NCBI GenBank assembly: GCA_951406725.2
Contig: OX597822.1
Location: forward strand, 35,154,001 to 35,218,000
Direction of reading: 5' to 3'
Length of the DNA stretch: 64,000 bases
DNA from: Octopus vulgaris
Lineage: Eukaryota
The translations under genes were made by a program, and so were the position numbers. Below the pieces are notes generated by a model that searched no databases, was not told where the DNA came from, and saw only the letters and a program-made list of their open reading frames with translations. Shown here piece by piece: positions 1-12,879 of the stretch (its first letter is position 1; every line of letters begins with the position of its first letter).

Positions 1-126
1 TATTCTTTGTAAGCCTTGTACTTATTCTATTGGGCTCTTTTGCCGAACCGCTAAGTTACGGGGACGTAAACACACCACCATCGGTTGTCAAACGATATTG
101 GGGGAAAAAAACACAGACACACACAA

Positions 127-157
<31 letters not shown>

Positions 158-308
158 CGACAGGATTCCGTCTACCAAATCCACTCACAGGGCTTTGGTC
201 GGCCCGAGGCTATAGTAGAAGACACCTGCCGAAGGTGCCACGTAGTGGGACTGAACCCGGAACCATGTGGTTGGTAAGCAAGCTACTTACGACACACTTA
301 CTCTTACG
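1..308 (-). mobile_element. tRNA-derived SINE group A (CORE-like), truncated by window edge
   Basis: Reverse complement of the repeat at 45481-45892 (head ggctgtgtggtaag...ggttccgggttcagtcccac, internal (TA)/(TG) tract, body gtaacttagcggttcggcaaaagag). Confidence 0.9.
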
Positions 309-2890
309 TATCGAATTCGTGGTCAGCGAGTATCTCTGAAATAGAGTGAAATCCATTTTGAAGCTACATAAGTAACTTAATTGTATAAACAGAGATATCG
401 CCTCTTGTTTATCCAATCTTTCAGAAACACATTGTAGTCTTCTTTTTAGAATCTCATTTCCTATCTTGAAATTAAATCAATCTCAAGAAACACTACGAAT
501 TCTTTTGTTAATTATCATTATTCTCTGTGTAAGATGGGACTGAATTTCACAATTCTATATTATTGATGGAGAGGAAAGTCATAATACGTAGATTTACTTT
601 TACTTTGATTTAGATAGTTGAAAAGAAACACAATGCTAAATTAAATAGCTACGATTTGAAAACCAGGAAAAACTTCAGGGGAGAAAAAAATATTCAGAGT
701 AAAACTCCAAGTAAAACATATGTATGTTATATTTTATTCGTGTCAATTATTCGCAAACCGTTGTTATTTAACTCAGAATTTAAGGTGTATGTAAAATGTA
801 TGTATATAATTATATATAGGGCCGTTACTGTTTCGTTTTATAACATCATTCTGTATTAGATTTCATTAAGAGTAGATTGTCGTTCTAAAACAAAAAAATA
901 GATGAATCAAATAAGCACTTAAAAATTTTGTTTTGTCTTCACTTAATATTGGATTCTGTGTTCATCGATGAATGTAAAATTTAATAAATAGAATTCAAGT
1001 AGAATTAATTTTGAAGTCTTTTAAAAAGAATCTTCCAGGTTAAACTTTGCAAGTTGTCGCCATAAGCAGAAAAGAAATTCAGTCACAACATTCGGAAGTA
1101 TAGAAAATAAATGGAATGCAGATTTTATTTCATGTTCACCTAAAAACATTATGCAAATCATCAGCTTGAAATATCCGCTTTGTTAATTGAAAGAAGACAC
1201 CCAACGCTTTCCTCAACGGTAGCCATTTTGTTTTTGGTATATCTAATAATATAAAACACTATTTTACATTTGGCATTCTTTTTCCTCAAAGCAATGCATA
1301 AAAGTGTGCCTAAAGGGATTAATTCTTTAAAAGAGAACGTAATTCTATGGATTTACATTGAATAATGTTATTGATTGAAAAACATTTATAAAATTTATTG
1401 CTTTAGATCTTTTCCTATGTTGATTCACAATAATGTTGTAACGTGGGATGAAAGCCAGTTCTTAACAATCCAGTTTTGTAGAAAAATCAGGAACATGTCG
1501 ATATCTTACTATTATGTGCCTCTAAAGAATATCATTAAAACTTCTATCATTCCACTAGTCTTCCATTTGTACCATTTTACAAGCCTTCTGTCATATATAG
1601 TGTATGATATAAAGAACGAAATTAATGTGCGTGTGTGTATGCGTGTTTGTATGGATGTATATATATATGCATGTGGTTGTATGTGAGTATGTGTCTGTGT
1701 AAGTATTTGTCTGAGTATGTGTGTGTGTGTGTGTGTGTATGTTCACATATGAATTCCATTCCATGCTATTGATTCCAAATTTTTTTTACTGAGCGTAAAT
1801 CAAAGGCGCAATTTTGTGTAAACTATTCCGCGTATGTAATTTTTTTTCTCTGTATTAGAAATTTATTAAGTTGTTATGCTAACCCCGAAAAAACAATTGG
1901 ATTTCTCGCTAATATTGTTTCTGTCACATGAAATATGTGATACAGAAAATTGTTGAGGTCAAATAGATTAATGCAAAGTCATCTCTCAATGTCAGTATCT
2001 AATTGATTTAATATACGATATCGTAACAGAATACGTGATATGCACTCTAGCATCTAATCATTTATTCTTTTCTTCATATTTTTTGTCTTTTTTGAAAGAG
2101 AACTCTTTCTGTTAATAAATCCATAGAAGCAGACATTTTCTTATCGATACGCAAATTTGTATTGAAGAAAGAAACAGTTAATGAAAACGCTCCTATGTTC
2201 GCGTTCATGAAGCATAAACAGCCTTTCGAAGCCCAGATTATCGACTAAGGTTTTGTATCTCAAATAAAACAAGACCAAGCCCATATAAGTATCTCGGTAT
2301 ACTATATTGGAACTTCTGCCACAGTCAAGCAATAATTAGATACAACAGTATTTCTGTAAAAATTATTTTGCATTAAATTGGAATTAGACAGATTCTTATA
2401 GAAGATTAATAAGAGAAAATTATGGAAGTAAATTCCATACTCCAAACTGATACTTTCTAAAAACTAACGGTTTCTAACTGAGACAACAGGCCAAGCGAGG
2501 GGTAATTCGAAACCATCAACTCCAGCACTTATTGGGTACTGTGTTTTATCGAACCCGACCCCAAATGAATGAAAGGCTAAATCAATGTCAACAGAATTTG
2601 AACTCAGAATGTGAAGAATCGGAAAAAATACTGATTCAGCAAGATCGTAACCTTGTTAACATTGGTTTATATAATTTAGGCACCAGGCCATCAATGTTAA
2701 GGAATGGAACTCGATAATTATATCTACTCAAGAAATCTACTGGTACTTGATCAAGTAATGGGATAGGTGGTGTCCAATATACACACACCTACCCCAGTTG
2801 ACAGGAATAGATAACGTGGAACCGTAGGCTGCAGATAGCAACGCCGCTACGTACGCAAGACTCCCGGAGTTCCAACAAAAATCCGAGTTA

Positions 2891-3034
2891 CAATAATAAA
2901 TAATGATAATAATGATAATGATAATAATAATGATAATAATAATAATGATAATAATGATGATAATGATAATGATGATAATAATGATGATAATAATAATGAT
3001 GATAATAATAATGATGATAATAATGATAATAATG

Positions 3035-3098
<64 letters not shown>

Positions 3099-3110
3099 TA
3101 ATAATAATAA
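2891..3110 (+). repeat. (TAA/TGA)n microsatellite
   Basis: Direct reading; source of the poly-I/poly-L ORFs. Confidence 0.97.
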
Positions 3111-3330
3111 GAAGAAGAATAACGATGAGGAGGAGGAGAAGTAGACGTACTGTACCCATATCTGCATGCATCTTTATAAAACCTTAATATTTTATGTGTT
3201 TGTGTTGTATTATATGTTGTATTATATTATCTCTGTACTGCCCTCCCCACTTCCCCTTCCCTAGGGTGGCTGGTGCGTCCCGGCAAGTGATTGCATGAAG
3301 CATGCAGGTTATAATAATGATAATAATAAC

Positions 3331-3412
<82 letters not shown>

Positions 3413-3416
<4 letters not shown>

Positions 3417-3856
3417 GGATGTGTTTATTAATTGACATGAGTATTTCCTGTGATTACAATATAGCGGCGAAAGAATTTGACAAGATTAGTAAATATAAAG
3501 ACCTGCTAATAGAAATTGAAAAAATGTGGCATCTCAAGGCGACTACAGTACCAGTGATTGTAGGATCTCTAGGAATGATAAAAAAAGGTACTGAAACCTA
3601 TTTGAAAATTATTCCAGGCTCACTATCCCTCCAGGAAGTGCAAAAAATCGTATTAACTGGAACGGCTCATGTACTGAGAAGAGCAGTATCGCTGTGAAAA
3701 TAACATCCATCCATGAATTTATTTATTTATTAATTTTTAAATACATATTTTATCTGTGAATTTACGCGTGTAATCTGGGAATGCATACAATACCCTTCTC
3801 TGCCCTAGATATATGGAAAACACTCGGTGAGAAACGGAAGAAAATTTGAAGAAGGA

Positions 3857-3858
<2 letters not shown>
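3413..3858 (+). mobile_element. 5'-truncated R4/Dong-type non-LTR retrotransposon (restriction-like endonuclease C-terminus 3413-3697 plus 3' UTR) within (TAA)n
   Basis: CLLIDMSISCDYNIAAKEFDKISKYKDLLIEIEKMWHLKATTVPVIVGSLG...VQKIVLTGTAHVLRR is the typical RLE C-terminus of R4-clade elements; (TAA)n on both sides. Confidence 0.85.
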
Positions 3859-3909
<51 letters not shown>

Positions 3910-3914
3910 TAATT

Positions 3915-4083
3915 TGGCTTTAAATATTATCACAAGGGCAGCAATTTTAGGGGATGAGTCAATTACATTGTCCCCAATGTTCAATTGGTGATTATTTTGT
4001 CGACCCCAAAAGGATGAAAGATAAAGCCGACCTCGGCGGAATTTGAAATCAGAACGCGTTAATTATTCTGCCAGCTCGGCCCC
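3915..4083 (-). mobile_element. SINE group B, short-tail variant
   Basis: cgaccccaaaaggatgaaag...gacctcggcggaatttgaa...ctgccagctcg matches the other group B copies. Confidence 0.8.
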
Positions 4084-4087
4084 TTTA

Positions 4088-4370
4088 TAATAATAATAAT
4101 AATAATAATAATAGTAATAATAAAAAGAAGAAGTAGTAGCAGAAGTAGTAGCAGTAGTAGTAGTAGTAGCAGTAGTAGTAGTAGTAGTGGTGGTGGTGGT
4201 GGTGGTGGTGGTGGTGGTGGTGGTGGTGGTAGTAGTAGCAGCAAAATAAGAAGAAAAAGAAGTAAAAGAATAAGAAGAAAAAGAAATAGAAGAAGAAGAA
4301 GAAGAAGAAGAAGAAGAAGAAGAAGAAGAAGAAGAAGAAGAAGAAGAAGAAGAAGAAGAAGAAGAAGAAG
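4088..4370 (+). repeat. compound (TAA)/(TAG)/(TGG)/(GAA) microsatellite
   Basis: Direct reading. Confidence 0.95.
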
Positions 4371-4832
4371 GGATATGACTATGATCATATATAAGGATGG
4401 ATGCATATATGAATGGGTATGTATGTATGTATGTATGTATATACAACTAAAACTCGAAATACAAAGCGAATTTTTATTCATACTTCATTGCTGTCTCTTC
4501 TTACAACTTGTCACACCAGTCATCTCTCATTAAGTAACCCAAGCCCACCACTTATTCTTCTTATTCTTCTTTCAAAACCCACATCTCACTTTCTCATACA
4601 TATAATATTTCGTAAATGAATATTATAGAACTAACAACTCAAGTAATACACATCAAGCACTTTGTTAAAAAAAAATGCAATTAACACATTCATTACCAAG
4701 TAATCCTCTCGATATTGCTCATCATCATAGAATACCAAAGCACTGAAGGACGTTCATATACAAACTCATAATTAGATCAAAACAACGTTGCTTCATTGGC
4801 GATAAAACATGATTTCACTAAAAAATACTTAT

Positions 4833-5078
4833 TGTACTCAACCTGACATTATTCAGCCAGAATTTTCTGTATTCTGAATGTGTTCCATACTTTCCACTAG
4901 TTAATGTACTCCTTATTTCTGTAAAGTTCCCCCTATTTTTAAAAATATACACTGTACTCAACCTGACATTATTCAGCCAGAATTTTCTGTATTCTGAATG
5001 TGTTCCATCTTTTCCACTAGTTAATGTACTCCTTATTTCTGTAAAGTTCCCCCTATTTTTTTTTTAATATACACTGTA
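4833..5078 (+). repeat. 120-bp direct tandem duplication
   Basis: tgtactcaacctgacatt... starts at 4833 and at 4953; units are near-identical. Confidence 0.95.
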
Positions 5079-5369
5079 AACGGATTTTTCGGAACCAATA
5101 TATTCAGCAGTGCTTATAAAGGGCTTCATTTATTAAAACTATGCTTAAATCAATACATTTAATCACAGGGACAAAATGACTGTTTAAGAGTTGTTCATTC
5201 AAGGATCTGAGGACCAAGTATGAGTGTTGCTCAAAGAACGTGTGCATTTCACTCAGTGGTGCATTGATTTTAGAGGAATTTATAATGAATGTTTTAACGA
5301 AATCCTCAGTAAATAATGCCTCGTTTAGGATTTAAATTATTTATGTCATAATTATTATATCTTTCATGA

Positions 5370-5610
5370 TCTGGATTCCACATGACCCACGGGGGTCCAT
5401 ATACGATTTAGTTGTTAAAGATTAAAAGCAATAAATCTTATATATTTCTACAATACAGAAGATATTCTAACAATTTTTTGATACAATTCGTAGTAAAATT
5501 TAACTATAAATATATGTTAATTTTTTAAAATGTCAGATGGCTTTGGTGGTCCAGTAGAGTGAAATAGGAATAAAAGGAATCCACAAGCGGAAACAGGTTA
5601 AGAACTCCTA
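5370..5610. mobile_element. possible degenerate hAT-type MITE
   Basis: gggggtccat near the left end and aaacaggttaagaactcct at the right end resemble Charlie-like hAT MITE termini; left TIR not recognisable. Confidence 0.3.
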
Positions 5611-5649
5611 TGATGAGGAATTTCGCGTTTAATATGTTTGAGGGCTCCA

Positions 5650-6005
5650 CTCATCCTTTCATTCTTTCGGGATCGATTAAATAAGTACCAGTTACGCACT
5701 GGGGTCGATATAATCCACTCAATCCGTTTGTATGTCCTTGTTTGTCCTCTCTATAGTAAAGAAATAGAAATAGGTATTTCGTCTATCTTTACGTTCTGAG
5801 TTCAAATTCCGACTTTACCTTTCATCCTTTCGGGGTCGATAAATTAAATACCAGCTGCGTACTGCGTACTGGCCCCCTCAGCAAAAATTTCGGGCCTTGC
5901 TCCTAGAGTAGAAAATATTATAAAATAATACCAGTTGAGTACTGAGTTCGATGTAATTTACTAGCCCCTCCCCTTAAAACTGTTGGCTTTGTTCCGAAAC
6001 TTGAA
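5650..6005 (+). mobile_element. SINE group B multimer, degenerate
   Basis: Repeated cctttcatcctttcggggtcgat...agtaccagtt units. Confidence 0.8.
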
Positions 6006-6227
6006 ACAATTGTGCTGGAGATGGGGAAGCTTATTTATATAATGCACACACTAACAGGCATAAAAGGTGGTTTTTGCTTTCCTAGATGACTGAAAGATAA
6101 AATATGCTTTGACAAAGACAAGAAAACATCCCAAAAAATTGATAACATTCAAAATCCTTTTTATTGACAAAGAAGCACAGTTTGTGTTTGTTAGATTAGT
6201 ATTAATAATCCTTTCTAATATAGGCAA

Positions 6228-7018
6228 AAGGCCTTGAATTTGTGTGGCGGGGGTATAGATGATCACATGGACCTCAGTACTTTACTGGTTCTTAATTTAT
6301 CGACAACAAAACGATGAAAGGGAAAGATGAGTCCGCCAGAATTTGAACTCACAACGAAAAGGCGGACACAATCCCACTAATTTTTGCCTGGTGTGTTAAC
6401 GATTATGCTAGCTCAATGCTTTTAACAACTCCTACAGATACAAGGCCTGAAATTTCGGGTGAGGAGTATAGTCGGATACACCGACCCCCCAGTTGGTAGA
6501 ATCGCTAGTACGCTGGCAAGATGTTTAGCCGCATTTCTTCTGACACCACGTTCTCCTTGCAAACCCGAAATGGACCATGGCGGAATTTGAACTCAGAAAA
6601 TGAAATACCAATTTCTTTACTACCCACAAGGGGCTAAACACAGAGGGAACAAACAAGGACAGACAAACGGATTAAGTCATTTACATCGACCCCATTGCGT
6701 AACAGGTACTTATTCAATCGACTCCGAAAGGATGAAATGCAAAGTCGACCTCGGCGGAGTCAGAACTCAGAACGTAAAGACAGACGAAATACCTATTTCT
6801 TTACTACCCACAAGGGGCTAAACACAGAGGGGACGAACAAAGACAGACACACGGAGATTATATCGACCCCAGTGCGTAACTGGTACTTAATTTATCGACC
6901 ACGAATGGATGAAAGGCAAAGTCGACCTCGGCGGAATTTGAACTCAGAACGTAACGGCAGACGAAATACCGCTAAGCAACTTGCCCGGCGTGCTAACGAT
7001 TCTGCCAGCTCGCCGTCT
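6228..7018 (-). mobile_element. cluster of SINE group B copies, including a multimer at 6580-7018
   Basis: Repeated ggatgaaaggcaaagtcgacctcggcggaatttgaactcagaacg units ending in the head ctgccagctcgccg. Confidence 0.88.
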
Positions 7019-7669
7019 TCAGATTCGTATCAATAATGCCAAGATTTCATTTCAGGTGCTGAGCACTACATGCTTCTCTACACCATTCTATCTACCACTG
7101 GGAGAAACGCCGTCCAGATAGAACATATATTTGAAAAATAATAATTTCTTACAAAGACTGAAGGATAAACAATTGCTGGGATGAATTAACAGTTATGGTA
7201 ATTTATTTCAACGATCCTGGTATGATGAAGAGCAAATTTGAACTCAGCCGAATTCGAGCGGGAGACATTAGAGCAGAACACATACTATTTCCTCGTAATA
7301 ATTCATTCTAAATTTTGGAAAGTCCAGCAAATTTGAGAGAATAGAGAACTCGTTTATAATAACCCCAGTACACAACTGGTACTTATTTTATCTATCCCGA
7401 AAGAATGAAAGGAAAATTTGACTTTGGTGGCGCTTGAACCCGGAATGTAGGGAGCCATAAAGAATGCGGCATAGCATTTTGTCCGGCGTGTTAACAATTC
7501 GGCCAGAAGTTCGTGATAGCAATAAAATTAATAATAATTTCATTTTAAGCAAGAATGGCGTCAAACTTTTGGGATAACACAAAGCGGAAATACAAAACAA
7601 AAATGGCTGTGGGGTGTTTACGTCGAGAAACGGAGTTATAATAACAATGAGGACACAGTAATATATACA

Positions 7670-7950
7670 TGGAAGCACTCCGTCGGTTACGACGACGAGG
7701 GTTCCGGTTGATCCGATCAACGGAACAGCCTGCTCGTGAAATTAACGTGTAAGTGGCTGAGCACTCCACAGACATGTGTACCCTTAACGTAGTTCTCGGG
7801 GATATTCAGCGTGACACAGAGAGTGACAAGGCCGGCCCTTTGAAATACAGGTACAACAGAAACAGGAAGTAAGAGAGAGAGAAAGTTGTGGTGAAAGAGT
7901 ACAGCAGGGATCACCGCCATCCCCTGCCGGAGCATCGTGGAGCTTTAGGT
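7670..7950 (-). mobile_element. SINE group C, tail type 1 (head missing)
   Basis: Shares gagagaaagttgtgg.gaaagagtacagcagggatc...tgccggagc...ggagctttaggt with 18470-18545; distinct tail 7670-7865, of which a degenerate copy lies at ~54365-54515. Confidence 0.8.
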
Positions 7951-10291
7951 AATATATACATAACAAAGGCAACACTATTAATAAAGAGCAGCAAAATAAC
8001 ATGAATCCTCAAAACGCAGCAGAACTGCAGGCGCTAATTCTAAATATTCCACACACAATCCCTAATTTCTCAGGTATAACATTGCCAACTTAAGCCACAC
8101 AGTAACAACAGACTAATAAATAGCATGCACATATACAATTTATACAATACATACTCTACAGAATTACTACCAAATGCTATAACGCAATCCAGACAATACA
8201 CAATTTATGCAATCAATAAACGATAAATATCACACAACACAGACTTATATGTGCTCATTTCCTATGAAATCTGAATATTTTTTTTAGAATTCTAGCTATT
8301 ACTGCAGCTCTACTGAGTCCATTCACAATTTTGTTGAATCGAATTAGAAATAGTTGCAAAAGTTATATACAATCTCTATACCATCATCTGTCTATTGATA
8401 ATTTAATACAAAAGATAATAGCAATTTGAAGAACCTCCTAAATCTACACTTTAATTCCATTGTGATATCTATATGAATATGGGCTTAGTCATATGAGGCA
8501 AAGATATTCTCAGAAGTGGAAAAGTAATTAGAAATGAAAATATTAAGTTAGATTTTTACAGAGAAATCAGATATTTAGAATGGAAATATCCGTATACGTA
8601 CTCACGGAGTATATGATATTGATATGGCACAACAAATAGAAATGAAGACGAAAATTAATAAAAGGAAAATACTTAGAAGTGTCAGGTTAGTATTAAAATA
8701 GTGAACTAGATATCAGAAATGAGATTAGAGAAATTAATACATTAGCCATAACAGGTAAAAAAAAAGATACTGATATGAATAGCGAAGCAGTACAAAGAAA
8801 CTACAGAAAAGTGAGGAACAGACATTTAGGAAATAAGAAAAAAATTCTCTGTAGATAGGTAAAACAATGATTGAACACTATAAGCCGATTAATTTAAAGA
8901 TATTAGATGTAGATAAAAGCAAAGCATCCAAATAGTTCGTGGTGACAAATTGGCAGCAAATATTACTGCCTCGTTAAGAAGTTTGCCTTCAATTACATGG
9001 TCCCGGTTTCAATCTCACTGGGTGGTACTTTCGAAGTAAACCGTGGTCCAAATGACTTAGGTGGTGTCTGCCACTGAGGAAGAAAAATTAAACCAAAACA
9101 GTTGTGTCCGACGGACCGCTAACGTAATTTTGAATGCGTTTTTAACACACGAAATTTGGACTCCGACAGTAAATCCCGCTGCAAGTGTGAGCTATAAATG
9201 ATATATACATCATTGTTTTTTTGAAACACAAACACATGCACAAACACACACACACATATATATGTATACATACACACATGTATATGTATGTATGTACGTA
9301 TAATACAATACTATGAAACATGGATATTTTCCTTTCTAATATCCATGAAAAGCGGAAAGTTCAACAGTCGCAACTTATACCTACGTGTGCTGTACGGAAA
9401 TGCTTTTTACTTAGGATTCACATTTTAATATGGTTCTTGTAGAATTTCATGTTGATTTTCAATTGCTGTGAGGAAAATTTTTTCCTTGTCTGCTGTACCA
9501 ACTTTTTCACCATAATTCCTCATGCAAAGAAAAGCTTGAACTTTCTGAAGGTCATATTTCAAATAGTCACATGGCCAAGAATAATTTTGGCACAGGGCCA
9601 AGTATCTAGGGGAAAGTGTAGTTGATTACATCGACCCCAGTGATTGACTGGTGCTCACCGCCCTAGCATGACCAAGTTTATTAATAGATTTTCTTCTTTT
9701 ACTGGAACAAAATCTTTTTAAAAAATAACTCTTTAGCGTATACTCGCCGTTGTCCAGAATATCTTCAAAGATAAGCTACTGACTGAAAATCCTCTCTAGA
9801 ATGCAGATAGTTTTAATTCACCTTCTGGTTTATAGCGTTGTTATACTTAACAATGATATAGAAGCTTACAATTTAACCCTACTCAGCTCTTGAACAAGTG
9901 CAGCCTAAGTACTATAGGAACATGTATCTCTCAAATGCAAATTCTGAACACAGACTCCAAGATGTATAGCAACATCAGTATATGCTTCCACTGACCTCAA
10001 GATCTCCGAGAACGAGTTGATGGTAGGTGAAACAAGTTTTCATACGTGAAATCCGTCTCTCCAAATAAGAAAAAGCGCAGTAGTTCAAATTCGTTCACAT
10101 ATTCCATTATATCCGAATAACACTACGGTTGTAAAATACCACCTAAGTGAGGAAAGTATTTCTAACCGCGCGAGTCCCGTTATGGGTAGCTTCTACTCAG
10201 AGTTTTGTCAGTGAGTTTGCCCATATTGGTCATTCACTCTTTCTAGTCACTATCAATCTCAACCAAACGAAAGAAACTTTAAGTGTTTTAA

Positions 10292-10900
10292 GGCGGCGAG
10301 CTGGCAGAGTCGTTAGCATGTCGGGCAAAATGCTTCGCGGCATTTCGTCTGCCGTTACGTTCTGAGTTCAAATTCCGCCGAGATCGATTTTGCCTTTCAT
10401 CTTTTCGGGGTCTATTAAATAAGTACCAGTTACGCACTGGGGTTGATATAATCGACTTAATCTGTTTGCCTGACCTTGTTTGTCCTCTCTGTGTTTAGCC
10501 CCTTGTGGGTAGTAAAAAATAGAAATAGGTATTTCGTCAGCCGTTACGTTCTGAGTTCAAATTCCGCCGAGATCGATTTTGCCTTTCATCTTTTCGGGGT
10601 CTATTAAATAAGTACCAGTTACGCACTGGGGTTGATATAATCGACTTAATCTGTTTGCCTGACCTTGCTTGTCCTCTCTGTGTTTAGCCCCTTGTGGGTA
10701 GTAAAAAATAGAAATAGGTATTTCGTCAGCCGTTACATTATGAGTTGAAATTCCGTCGAGGTCGACTTTGCCTTTCATCCTTTCGGGGTCGATTAAATAA
10801 GTACCATTTACGCACTGTGGTCGATATAATCGACTTAATCTCTTTGTCTGTCCTTGTTTCTCCCCTCTATTATTAGCCCCTTGTGGGCAATGAAGAAATA
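10292..10900 (+). mobile_element. SINE group B trimer (one head plus three 189-bp body units)
   Basis: Head ggcggcgagctggcagagtcgttagc; tttcgtc.gccgttac units at 10343, 10532 and 10721; imperfect flanking direct repeat aagaaacttt..agtgtttt. Confidence 0.92.
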
Positions 10901-11816
10901 AGAAACTTTGATTAGTGTTTTGTATAACCATACATCTCAAGAAAACTAACAGCGATCCAACAAGCTAGATATGGTTAAATTGTTATTTTCATTTTGCCTG
11001 ATACGCTTTCACTTAAGTGCAGATCTCTACGTCCGGGCTGGGTAATACGGAAACTATGACACGGTTGTTTGTGTCGCACCTAGAGAGAAGCACTTCAGGA
11101 GATTCAACATCAGCTTTAAGACTCAAGAGTCACAATGTTTATACATGCAGCGAGAAAGAGAGCACACTTGACGAACTTTGCATGAGAACCCTAACAAACG
11201 ATTTCCGTTTGCGCTACATAATGCTGGTGTCCAGCTCCTGAAAATGAAAGCGAATCCGTGTACGCCAAGAGTAACTACGAATTAGAGATATCGATCGCTT
11301 ACCAGTGAACTATAGTTGACCAACTCTGCATTAAACCATATACTCGGATAAATCTATCCTCGATGCTTCAAACAAAGTAGTGGTTCTTCGGCATAGATCA
11401 TTTCTCCTTATTTAGGGTCCGATTCCACTACAAAGGACAAGATCAACCTCTTCGTTAGCATCTTGCATGGCAGCACGATGTTTTGGGTATCGTAGTGTTT
11501 TTCCTGAACTTTGTAGTTTCAGTAAATTTGCGTAAACTCTCGTTTCATATAAAGTGTTTTGCTAAAACTATTATATAACTCTTTGGTAACACCGTAACAT
11601 TAAAGTCTAACTTTTGTAAAGGTAGTATACGTCAAATCTATGTTGTCCAAACGAAAAATGGTGAGGTTTAAGTGAAATTGCCGATGATCTTCAAATGCAA
11701 TATAAATATTTTTTTAAATCCCAAAACCGAAAACTGTATAGAAATTTCGGGATCACACAACGAATACACACGATAAGGCTGATAATGTGAAATACCAACA
11801 GTTTATTATATTATTG

Positions 11817-12093
11817 TTCTTTCTCGAGCTATGCCTGGCTCATAAGGGCCGGTTTCCCGGTTTCCTTGGCGTATGGAAGGGACGCCGGTCCGTTGCAGGT
11901 GAGCTGCAAGATGCAGGAGGAAAGAATGAGTGAAATTTGTGGCAAAAGAGACAGCAGAGGTTCGCCATTACCGGAGCCGCGTGAAGCTTAGGTGTTTCTC
12001 TCATAAACACACACATCGGCCGGTCTGAGATTCGAATCCGCGATCCATCGACCGCGAGGCCGCTACTCTAACCACTAGGCTATGTGCCTCCAC
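11817..12093 (-). mobile_element. SINE group C, tail type 2
   Basis: Minus-strand tRNA-like head ggaggcacatagcctagtggttagagtagcgg...ggattcgaatctcagaccgg with A/B-box-like motifs; same subfamily at 40814-40999. Confidence 0.85.
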
Positions 12094-12104
12094 TTCCACA
12101 ATAA

Positions 12105-12640
12105 GTACGTGGCCACAAATTTTGTGAGAGGGAAAATTCGACTACTGTGAGCCCAGCGTTTGATTGGTAGTTAATTTATCAACTACGATAGGCAAAGTCG
12201 GCCCCGGAAGAATTTAAACTTAAAACGATTCTGCCAACTAGCCATCTTAACGACAACAACAACAATAATAATCCTTTCTACTAAAGGCACAAGGCCTGAA
12301 ATTTGGTGTGTGGGTGGAGATAAGTCGATTACATAGACCCCAGTGTTTCACTGATAGTTAATTCATCGAACCCGAAAGGCTGAAAGGCAGAGTCAACCTC
12401 GGCGGAGTTTGAACTCAGAACATGAAGACAGACGAAATACCTATTTCTTTACTACCCACAAGGGGCTAAACACAGAGGGGACAAACAAGGACATACACAC
12501 GGATTAAGTCGACCCCAGTGCGTAACTGGTACTTATTTAATCGAATCCGAATGGATGAAAGGCAAAGTCGACCTCGGCAGAATTTGAACTCAGAACGTAA
12601 CGGCAGACGAAATAACGCTTAGCATTTCGCCAGCTCACCG

Positions 12641-12642
<2 letters not shown>
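12105..12642 (-). mobile_element. cluster of SINE group B copies
   Basis: Group B body and both tail variants. Confidence 0.85.
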
Positions 12643-12644
<2 letters not shown>

Positions 12645-12731
<87 letters not shown>

Positions 12732-12848
12732 AAGAAGAAGAAGAAGAAGAAGAAGAAGAAGGAGAAGAAGAAGAAGAAGAAGAAGAAGAAGAAGAAGAAG
12801 AAGAAGAAGAAGAAGAAGAAGAAGAAGAAGAAGAAGAAGAAGAAGAAG

Positions 12849-12877
<29 letters not shown>
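12645..12877 (+). repeat. (TAA)n-(GAA)n compound microsatellite
   Basis: Direct reading. Confidence 0.97.

Positions 12878-12879
<2 letters not shown>

Noticed and set aside
2737-4481. Long poly-I/L/S/T/Y ORFs (also 12537-12999, 20193-21085, 50002-50547, 54938-55367, 57170-57667)
   Set aside because: Translations of microsatellites; only 3413-3697 is real coding relic.
10292-10900. Regular repeats resembling a CRISPR array
   Set aside because: The 189-bp units are repeated in full with no unique spacers; eukaryotic SINE multimer, no cas genes.
11017-11500. Relatively GC-rich unique segment with a 74-aa ORF
   Set aside because: No recognisable protein motif or consistent splice signals; may be decayed TE.
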